NCBI GenBank assembly: GCA_024234165.1
Contig: JACKOP010000001.1
Coordinates: forward strand, 533,707-597,706
Source: Pseudomonadales bacterium
Lineage (GTDB): Bacteria; Pseudomonadota; Gammaproteobacteria; Pseudomonadales; UBA5518
DNA length: 64,000 bases
Direction: 5' to 3'
A program made the position numbers and the translations under genes. Below, piece after piece: positions 19,078 to 26,694 of this stretch (its first letter is position 1; each line of letters opens with the position of its first letter). The notes beneath the pieces were generated by a model. The model saw only the letters and a program-made list of their open reading frames with translations, did no database searches and was not told where the DNA came from.

Positions 19078-19971
19078 CCACCAGTGGATCCTCGCTTCCA
19101 GACCTTCGCCGCTTTTTTGCACGATGTGCGTGGCAACTCCCCGCGAACCATTCACAAGAAGCTCGTGCATCTGTCGGAGTTCTTCCATTACCGGGGCAAT
19201 CGGGGCGTCGCGGGGCTGCCTATCGGCCTGCCGGAGATCGACGCGTATATCGTTACGTGTCGTCAACGCTTCGCGCGCAGAACGGTCGCGGGCATCTGTT
19301 CGACGATCCGCAGTTATCTACAATTCTTGCACGTCACTGGTGTGATCGATGTCGATCTCGCCACTTCGGTGCCGGCTCCGATCATCCGCACCGACGAGCA
19401 ACCACACCGCGCATTGCCATGGACAGATGTACAACGGATTCTGCATGCGGTCGACCGTGCCTGCCCGAAGGGGCGTCGCGATTACGCGCTGTTGCTGATG
19501 ATGAGCGTCTACGGGCTCGGAGCCGGAGAGGTCATCCGCATCTCGCTCGATGACATCGACTGGCAAGCAGCAAAGTTCCGGATCAAGCGTCCGAAGACCG
19601 ACGTGGAGTTTCAACTACCGTTGCTGCCACCAGTCGCTCGCGCGCTCCTCGACTATTTGAAGCGTGGACGCCCGGCGTACACGCCGTCACGCCACTTATT
19701 CGTCACAATGCGCACGCCATTCAAGTCCCTGGCCTGTTCAACCACGGTGTGGTGGATTTTGCATTCGACAGCGCAGCGAGCCGATGTCACAGCGCCGTTT
19801 CTCGGCACGCATGCACTGCGTCACACGCAGGCCTGTCGGCAGCTCGAGCTCGGTGTTGCGCCCAAGATCATCGGAGACATTCTCGGCCACCGTGACCCGA
19901 AGTCCACGTCCGCCTACCTGCGCGTCACCAGCGATCGCCTTCGGGACTTGTCGCTGCCGGTTCCGGTATGA
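19078..19971 (+). pseudogene. RIT recombinase A (ritA-like), C-terminal part
   Basis: Catalytic region RDYALLLMMSVYGLGAGE...HALRHTQA...LGHRDPKSTSAYL. The 4-bp ATGA overlap with the next gene is intact. Confidence 0.75.
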
Positions 19972-20936
19972 ACGCTCTGGCAGCGGCGCACCTTGGGCAG
20001 GAAGTCACCGCCTTCCTGAAGTACAAACGCGCGCTCGGGCATTCGTACCGACGCGGCGAGGCGACGCTGCGCAGCTTCGAGCACTTTGCCCGCCACGGTA
20101 GAGGACCGCGGTCTCGGATCGACTTGGAGGCTACGATCCGGACGTGGCTGTTACGCCGCCCCGGACGCAAGCCGGTCACCCTTGCGAACGACCTCGGCGC
20201 GGTGCGGCAGTTCTGCTTGTACCTGCGCCGTAGTGACCCCGCGGCGTTTGTGCCGCCGGTCAGTTTGGCGCCGCAGACTGAATCGCTCTACGTCCCGTAT
20301 ATTTTCTCGCTGGAGGAGATCCGTCGGCTGATCCATGCGACACAGCACTATCACGGACACAATTTCTGGCCCGAAATGTTCCGGATGTTGCTGATTGCGA
20401 CCTATTGCACGGGTTTGCGCTTGGGCGAGACAGTCCGGCTCCTGCGGTCCGATCTCGACAATGCGCGCTGGGTGCTACATATCCGTGAGAGCAAGGGGCG
20501 AAGCCGTGATGTGCCGTTCCAGGCCGACTTGGCACAGGTGTTCGCGCGCTATCTTCGCCAACGCGACGAACTGCTGCATGCCCTTGGCCGAGCGAACGAA
20601 CCGGCACTGTTTGTCGGACTGAACGGGGACGGCGTCACGGTGCGTGCGACATCGGATGCGATCCGCCGCCTTTTGCGCCGGCTGGGCATGAAGAGCCCGA
20701 TGGGCCGCTGCGGACCCCGCCCGTACGACCTGCGTCACGCATTTGCCGTCCACCGACTCACGGCCTGGTACCACGACGGTGTCGACTTGCACGCCAGCCT
20801 GCCATGGCTCTCGGCCTACATGGGGCACGTCAACGTACTCGGTACCGAAGTCTATCTTCACGCTACGGCGGAGCTGCTCGAAATTGCCGCTGATCGTTTT
20901 GCCGCGCGGTTCGCGCAGCCGGGAGGGTGGTCATGA
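19968..20936 (+). CDS. RIT recombinase B (tyrosine recombinase)
   Basis: 322 aa with TGLRLGE, DLRHAFA and MGHVNVLGTEVYL motifs. Overlaps both neighbouring genes. Confidence 0.85.
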   Translation: MNALAAAHLGQEVTAFLKYKRALGHSYRRGEATLRSFEHFARHGRGPRSRIDLEATIRTWLLRRPGRKPVTLANDLGAVRQFCLYLRRSDPAAFVPPVSLAPQTESLYVPYIFSLEEIRRLIHATQHYHGHNFWPEMFRMLLIATYCTGLRLGETVRLLRSDLDNARWVLHIRESKGRSRDVPFQADLAQVFARYLRQRDELLHALGRANEPALFVGLNGDGVTVRATSDAIRRLLRRLGMKSPMGRCGPRPYDLRHAFAVHRLTAWYHDGVDLHASLPWLSAYMGHVNVLGTEVYLHATAELLEIAADRFAARFAQPGGWS

Positions 20937-22000
20937 GCAGAGTTTGCGATGCCACTCTTCTGTCGTCGGTCGAAGCATACTTTCGCGGCTACCTGATCCA
21001 GACCCGAGGCACCAGTGCTCACACGATCCGTGCCTATCGCGACACGTTGCGACTGCTGTTCAGGTTCCTCGCCGACCGGCGCAACTGTCCGGTCGCAGAA
21101 CTTACCCTCGATGACCTTCACGTCGATGCCATCCTTGCATTCTTGGCACATCTCGAGACGGTGCGGGCCAATAGTGTCGCGAGCCGTAATGCCCGCTTGG
21201 CGGCCATCCGTAGCTTCTTCCGCCACCTTGTCGAACACGACCTGCCACGCGCCGGACAATATCAACGCGTGCTGTCGATACCGAATAAGCGAGCACATCT
21301 CGGCGCAGCGCAGTACCTCGAGCCGCCGGATGTTAAATCACTCCTCACCCAGCCCGACCGCACCACTACGGCTGGACGCCGCGACTACGCGCTGATGCTC
21401 TTCTTGTACAACACCGGCGCTCGTATCAGCGAGGCGCTCGGCGTACGCGCCGAACACCTGTCCTTGATCCTGCCGCGACGCGTGCGGCTGTTCGGCAAGG
21501 GAGGCAAGGAGCGACTGTGCCCTCTGTGGCATGAGACGACAGAGGCGCTGGCGCAACTGCTGGCAGTTGGCTCAGACTCACCCGAAGGTTACGTGTTCTG
21601 TAACCGAAACGGCCAGCAGTTGACCCGAGATGGAGCTGCATACCTGTTACGTAAATATGCGGGTATGGCAGTTCGTACCTGCCCACAGCTACGCCGCCGA
21701 CGCATCACACCTCACGTTCTGCGCCACAGCTGCGCAGTGGCACTGCTGCAGGCCGGTGTCGATATCACGGTAATACGCGACTATCTCGGACACGCCAGCA
21801 TTACCACCACCAGTCGCTACGTCGCGACGAATTTGCAGATGAAACGCGACGCACTGGAGTTATTCTGGAGCCGATCGGGACTTCTCCCGACTCGTCCGCG
21901 GCCGTGGAAGCCGAAGCCCGATGTGCTCACCTATCTCGCGTCGGTCGGATCGACGCCCCATTATTATCCGGAGCAATCAGATTGTGAAACTCGAAAATGA
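20927..22000 (+). CDS. RIT recombinase C (tyrosine recombinase, XerC/D-like)
   Basis: 357 aa with an N-terminal SAM-like domain (HTIRAYRDTLRLLFRF), RRDYALMLFLYNTGARISE, HVLRHS and LGHASITTTSRY. Confidence 0.85.
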   Translation: MVMSRVCDATLLSSVEAYFRGYLIQTRGTSAHTIRAYRDTLRLLFRFLADRRNCPVAELTLDDLHVDAILAFLAHLETVRANSVASRNARLAAIRSFFRHLVEHDLPRAGQYQRVLSIPNKRAHLGAAQYLEPPDVKSLLTQPDRTTTAGRRDYALMLFLYNTGARISEALGVRAEHLSLILPRRVRLFGKGGKERLCPLWHETTEALAQLLAVGSDSPEGYVFCNRNGQQLTRDGAAYLLRKYAGMAVRTCPQLRRRRITPHVLRHSCAVALLQAGVDITVIRDYLGHASITTTSRYVATNLQMKRDALELFWSRSGLLPTRPRPWKPKPDVLTYLASVGSTPHYYPEQSDCETRK

Positions 22001-22033
22001 GCCGAGCGTGACGCGCGCTCTGCAGCGTAACTA

Positions 22034-22063
22034 CGGATAACTGCAGACTCGGGATAATGCGCC
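22034..22063 (-). repeat. RIT right inverted repeat
   Basis: cggataactgcagactcgggataatgcgcc is the exact reverse complement of 13880-13909. Confidence 0.9.
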
Positions 22064-22091
22064 TTATCCAGAGATCTGGATAAGGCGCATT
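22056..22091. repeat. Perfect 17+2+17 palindrome spanning the RIT right junction
   Basis: aatgcgccttatccaga ga tctggataaggcgcatt. The outer 8 nt of the right arm are the tnpC target sequence. Confidence 0.9.
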
Positions 22092-22446
22092 GCCGCCGAG
22101 GCTTCGAGCAGGCCCGAGATGCCGAACCGCAGGCGGCGGCCGAGGCGCTGGCGATGATTGCCGCGCTGTACCGGCACGAGCAGATCATCCGGGAACAGAA
22201 CCTGGACCGGGAACACAAGCTCGCTTACCGAACACAGCACAGCGAGCCGATCGTCAACCGCTTCTGGCACTGGTGTGACGACCAGTGCCACCGCATGGAT
22301 CTGTTGCCGAGTAACCCGCTTGCCAAGGCGATCCAGTACGCGAAGGCACGGGTGGCGAGTCTGCGGGTGTTCTTGTCGGATCCGGATGTGCCGATCGACA
22401 CCAACCACCTGGAGCGCAGCCTGCGGGCGGTTCCAATGGGACGGCG
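22084..22446 (+). pseudogene. IS66 tnpC, segment 2 of 3
   Basis: Continues AHCRRGFEQA...IAALYRHEQIIREQNL...DTNHLERSLRAVPMGR in frame with segment 1. Confidence 0.85.
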
Positions 22447-23056
22447 TTATGCACGGTTCACTGTTATGGAAGGTTGCGACGGCTGACGTCGGCAAAGGTG
22501 CACGACTGCGGACGGTAATAGCCAGTGCCGGAGCCGCTTCAGCCTCGTCACCTGCCATAGGTCATTCAATCGAACCTTACATAACTACAAGGCCTGCAGA
22601 GCCGCAGGATGTGATCTGTCGGCCGGTAACCGATCGACCCGGTGCCGGGTGGACTCAATGCCATCAATGCGCTCTCCTTCATCGCGAGGTCTGCCCCCGA
22701 GATAGTGAGGCGCGGTTGTCGTGCCCGAACCGGAGCGCAACGACGGTGATGTTGACGCCGGCCTGGAGCATATGCATGGCAGTCGAGTGCCGGTTGATGT
22801 GCGGAGAAACGTGCTGGGTCGCCAACTCGGAATGCTTGCGAGCAACACTTCGAATTGCTTACGGGGCGGCATGAGTACTCTCCCGTGACGATCGTGAGAT
22901 CGCCACGAAAGCAGTCCGGATTATGAAAGGTAACTCAACATAGACGGCGTGCTGCGAGTCGCGAAATACCAAGCGAAATCAAGCAGCGTCCCGGAAACCT
23001 TCCATAACAGTGAACCGTGCATAATTTCTGTTATGGAAAGCTTTCCATAACAGAAA
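22447..23056 (-). mobile_element. RIT-derived miniature element (about 0.61 kb, non-autonomous)
   Basis: 29-bp perfect inverted repeats (22447-22475 and 22996-23024) plus a 32-bp perfect palindrome (23025-23056). Inside, on the minus strand, is a decayed tyrosine-recombinase C-terminus (HINRHSTAMHMLQAGVNITVVALRFGH..ADLAMKE). Boundaries are good to about 3 bp. Confidence 0.7.
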
Positions 23057-23288
23057 AAACTGGCTCTTCTGTTGGACCGAGGTCGGTGCCGAGCGGGTGG
23101 CGGTTATCCAGAGCCTGCTGGTGAGCTGCCGCCTACAGAGCGTGGACCCATACACCTATCTGGTCGATGTGCTACAGCGCTTCAGCGTGCATCCGGCGAG
23201 TCGGGCAGTCGAGCTCACGCCGCGCGAGTGGAAGGCACGCTTCGCTCACGATCCCATGAAATCCATACCCCCCAAGTTCCGCAGCTAG
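23052..23288 (+). pseudogene. IS66 tnpC, segment 3 of 3
   Basis: RKNWLFCWTEVGAERVAVIQSLLVSCRLQSVDPYTYLVDVLQR... is the canonical TnpC C-terminus. Confidence 0.85.
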
Positions 23289-23339
23289 AGACGCAAGTGA
23301 TTGATTTATTTGATTCCAACATGGCGTTTGTGGCACAAC

Positions 23340-25037
23340 GCTAGTGGTTTGGCGGCGTCCTGGTGCCGAGTGCGCTGAAGAGTTCTTGCTGGATGGGGTC
23401 AGGCGCGTTGATGCCGCGCAGGGTGTCTTTGCCCACCTTGACCCGATGACGCTGGATGGTCTGCAGGATCTTGAGGGCTGCAGTCGGTGAATGTCCGTTG
23501 CCCGCCGCCTTGAGCTTTTGCCGCATGATCCGATGGAGCACCAGGGCCAGGAAGCAGATCAGCGCATGGGTGCGGATACGCTCGGGCAGGCGGTGATGCA
23601 CGGGAGCGATTTCGATATCGCTCTTGAGCACCCGAAAGCCACGCTTGATGTCGGCCAGTGCCTTGTAGCGGGCAATGACCTCATCGGCAGCGAGTGCGGT
23701 GTTGGTGACCAGCAGCAGCTTGCCATCGAGGCGCTCGGCGTTGGCCATCGCGGCCTCGTCGCGGTGAAAACTGAAGCGCTCCGCCGCCAGGTCTGCCTTG
23801 AGGATACGGCTGAGCCCTGCTTCGCTGACCGCCTCGCAGAAACGCAGATACGCCCTCCGGTCGGTGGACTTGCGCCCGCGCAGCGGCTGGCCTGCGTCCG
23901 CCTCGTCGAGGCGCCTCGCCATGCGCTCGCCTTCGGCCTCGATGGACGCGATCAGGGCGCGGCGCCGGGCGCTTTGCTCTGCCGCGCGCCCGGAGTCGTG
24001 CGCGACGACCAGGCGCCGCCCCTGCCACTTGGACTCGCCGACACCCGCATCGAGTGGCATGTTGGCCACCAGCTCGCCAAAGTCCGCGTAACGCCGTGCC
24101 GGCACGGCGAGAATGTACTCCACCGCCTGGCCAGTCGCGGTGCGTAGTGCCTCTACCGCGTCCAGGTTGTCGAGACTCAGCAAGCCACGATCCGCCACCA
24201 GTACCACCCGCTCGATCCGATAGCGCGCAATGGCCTTCTCGATGGCGGGCAGCAACGTGGACACTTCGCCGACATTGCCCGCATGGACTTCATGGGCGAT
24301 CGGCAGCCCCTCGGCGGTCTGGATCACACCGAGCACGAACTGGCGAGCAATGCCTCCGGTGTCCTTGTTGAGCCCGAAGGCACGCACATCGTCCACCACC
24401 GTGCCGTCCCCCTGGATACGCACCGTGGTGAGGTCGTAGAACACCACCGACAGCGATCGATCGAGCAGCGGGCGCAGTTGCTCCGCAATGACGGCCTCGA
24501 CCGCATCGATATGCTCCATCAACGCATCCATCGTTCGCAGCAGCTGGTCGTGCGTGACCGTCTCCGGCGCATCGGGCAGGCTGACCGTCTCCAGCCAGCG
24601 CAGGACGCCGAGCTTCGAGGTAGGCTCGCACAGGCGGTTGAAGACCATCGCGCGCACCAGCGCCGCCGCGTCGAACCGGCGGCGCGTGGAACGTAGCGCA
24701 CGGGACAGCGCAGACTCCAGGCCCAGTGACTGCCAGAGCTCATGGAGCAGATACACGTGCCCGAACGCCTGGGCAGCGAGGAACTGGGGTTGTCCAGGCG
24801 ACACCGTCTTGTGGCCTGCAACGCGTTGCAGGCCGGCAATCAGGGCATCGAGTGCACCGTCCTGAAGTTGATCGATCCGCCCCAGGGTGGCAATGACGCG
24901 CTGGCGCACCTTGTCGCCTTCACGGCGACCTTCGACCAGCTGCAGATACTGGCGTGGACCGCTTTGTTTGATGCGTGCATACATGGCACGACATTATAAG
25001 CGTCATTAAAGGATAAACAAGCATTAAATATAAAATA
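23340..25037 (-). mobile_element. IS1634-family (IS4-related) element
   Basis: A single large transposase gene flanked by a 10-bp direct repeat GTGGCACAAC (23330-23339 and 25038-25047). I could not recognise terminal inverted repeats, so the boundaries are provisional. Confidence 0.65.
23341..24984 (-). CDS. IS1634-family DDE transposase
   Basis: 547 aa. MYARIKQSGPRQYLQLVEGRREGDKVRQRVIATLGR N-terminus, VVFYDLTT, LVADRGL and a C-terminal YKALADIKRGFRVLKS motif. Confidence 0.8.
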   Translation of the reverse strand: MYARIKQSGPRQYLQLVEGRREGDKVRQRVIATLGRIDQLQDGALDALIAGLQRVAGHKTVSPGQPQFLAAQAFGHVYLLHELWQSLGLESALSRALRSTRRRFDAAALVRAMVFNRLCEPTSKLGVLRWLETVSLPDAPETVTHDQLLRTMDALMEHIDAVEAVIAEQLRPLLDRSLSVVFYDLTTVRIQGDGTVVDDVRAFGLNKDTGGIARQFVLGVIQTAEGLPIAHEVHAGNVGEVSTLLPAIEKAIARYRIERVVLVADRGLLSLDNLDAVEALRTATGQAVEYILAVPARRYADFGELVANMPLDAGVGESKWQGRRLVVAHDSGRAAEQSARRRALIASIEAEGERMARRLDEADAGQPLRGRKSTDRRAYLRFCEAVSEAGLSRILKADLAAERFSFHRDEAAMANAERLDGKLLLVTNTALAADEVIARYKALADIKRGFRVLKSDIEIAPVHHRLPERIRTHALICFLALVLHRIMRQKLKAAGNGHSPTAALKILQTIQRHRVKVGKDTLRGINAPDPIQQELFSALGTRTPPNH

Positions 25038-25143
25038 CGTGGCACAACATTACTTTTCTGGAAACAGGCCGAAAAAGCCTGAAATCCCGTACGCCACAGG
25101 GCTTTCAGAGGACTGAATCAGAGACGAAGTGCGGAACTTGGGG

Positions 25144-25535
25144 CACCCAGGTCGAGCTCTACCTCCCACACAGGTGTGGCCGGCAGTACCTCGGTCTTGT
25201 CGACCACCGGTGCGGTCAGCTCGACAAACAGCGCCTCGGGCCGAGCGCCCGCCACATCGGTGTTCCGGGCCTCGCGTAGTTTGCGCCGCCACAGCTCGAA
25301 GGTGCTCTTCGCCAGGCCGTGACGGGTGCAGAACGTCTGCTGCGAAACGCCGCTCGCCTCGAACTCGCTGATCAGCGCGCGCCACTGTGCCGCGCTGTGA
25401 CGCGCATACTTGCGCACAGAACCTGAACCCGTCGATGCCGAACCCATGGCGATACTCCTCCAACATCACTGCGTTGAAACAGAGCATCGCGAAGGTTCAG
25501 ACGGGATAACAGAACGGCGTGGTTTGGACGGTTAC
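25144..25535 (-). mobile_element. IS66 copy 2: left end only (IR-L plus 5' two-thirds of tnpA)
   Basis: The reverse complement matches 12058-12448. Homology stops at ctgggtgc (25144), where unrelated sequence is joined. Confidence 0.8.
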
Positions 25536-25745
25536 TTTGGTTTCGTCACGCCGACGCAACGCCATGCAGGCGAAGACACGGCCACCTTGGCCCATCGAGC
25601 GTGGGTGTACGAGCGTGCCAAGGCAACCCATCCGTTACGCTGGAAAACCCGTCCGGTGCGTAACTGGGAGCCCGTCCGTGTTGTTTACCTCAACCCGGAC
25701 AAAACCGACGTGCTGTCATCCAAATCAATAGGCATGGCAGCATGA
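25536..25745 (+). pseudogene. C-terminal fragment of an rve-type (IS3/IS481-like) transposase
   Basis: FGFVTPTQRHAGEDTATLAHRAWVYERAKATHPLRWKTRPVRNWEPVRVVYLNPD. The 5' part was removed at the IS66 IR-L. Confidence 0.6.
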
Positions 25746-26039
25746 GAAAGCGGACATCTTTGTTGACAAACACCGGGTGACCCGGGACGGTATGCGGCGG
25801 CGGACGATTCGTGCTGCACGTGCAAACTGTGTGTGCTGCAAACCAAGCTGACGCAGTGCTTCCTTGATGCGGTTTTTCATCTCACAACACGCGCTGTAGG
25901 ATGTCTTCGTACAGCGCCCGAACGTCCCAGTCGTGCGCATCGAGCGAAGTGACCACGAACCGTGGATTCGATCCCAATAGCGTCACTTCGGCCTTGCCAA
26001 TATCGTAACTTGTGTAACCCACCCTCCCGGCCTGTTTTG

Positions 26040-26420
26040 TTACCCATCATGCCGGTTTGGACACCGTAAACGCCAGCCCTCTGGGTGCCATGAGTTCGAC
26101 CAACTGTGCGAGGCGTTGGGAATCGAACATCGGTTGACGCCTCCGCGACGACCTCAAACCAATGGCATGGTGGAGCGTTTCAACGGCCGTATTGCCGACG
26201 TACTGGCGACGCATCGCTTTCGTGATGCCGAAGATCTGACCAGTACACTGTTGCGTTACGTCAACGCTCTACAACCATCGGTTTCCTCAATCAGCTCTGG
26301 GCGGCAAGACACCCGTACAAGCCATGAAACAGTGGCATGCTGACAGGCCGGACCTCTTTCATCGTAGACCTTATGATCACCTGGGATTTGACAGTTATAA
26401 AAATTTTGCAGGGATTCTTT
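26040..26420 (+). pseudogene. IS481-like transposase C-terminal fragment, frameshifted
   Basis: HEFDQLCEALGIEHRLTPPRRPQTNGMVERFNGRI. The downstream YNHRFPQSALGGKTPVQAMKQW is readable only after a 1-nt shift. Confidence 0.65.
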
Positions 26421-26423
26421 AAT

Positions 26424-26694
26424 TTATACAATATGCATGCCTCCATCTACATGTAATACTTGGCCGGTAATCCAACGGCCGTCCTCAGAAACAAGCATAC
26501 TTATCGCATCCGCTATATCCTCCGGTAGCCCTAAACGCCCCATAGCAGCTGCCTTTTCACCATATTTACGCAAAGCTTCCGCATTTCCACCTAACAGCAT
26601 AGGTGTGTCAGTCATTCCAGGAGAAACGGCATTAACAGTAACTCCCCGCGGAGCCAATTCACGCGCTAAAACTTTGGTAAAACCTTCGATAGAT
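26424..26694 (-). pseudogene. SDR (FabG-like), C-terminal half, split by IS1380
   Basis: SIEGFTKVLARELAPRGVTVNAVSPG...ITGQVLHVDGGMHIV. AT-rich. Confidence 0.85.

Larger units (their letters stand above)
13880..22083 (+). mobile_element. Recombinase-in-trio (RIT) element carrying a nested IS complex
   Basis: Three tandem overlapping tyrosine recombinase genes bounded by 30-bp perfect inverted repeats. Removing 8204 bp restores tnpC in frame. Boundary is ambiguous by the 8-bp GGCGCATT repeat. Confidence 0.8.
12058..23329 (+). mobile_element. IS66-family element, copy 1, heavily disrupted (right end not identified)
   Basis: IR-L gtaaccgtccaaaccacgccgttctgttatcccgtctgaacc is followed by tnpA, tnpB and tnpC in the canonical order. 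tnpC is interrupted twice. No IR-R is seen after the tnpC stop. Confidence 0.8.

Noticed and set aside
13886-22083. Repeated short motifs (GGATAA arrays, the 16-bp tandem at 45769-45800) as possible CRISPR or other repeat arrays
   Set aside because: There is no regular repeat-spacer periodicity, the copies are few and in mixed orientation, and no cas genes are present. They are explained as recombinase-site clusters or a simple tandem duplication.
25725-25940. Possible XRE-type HTH gene (MKNRIKEALRQLGLQHTQFARAA...) between IS fragments
   Set aside because: Only about 25 residues look HTH-like. The rest is low-complexity Arg/Ser/Cys sequence, probably frameshifted debris. Support is too weak to call.
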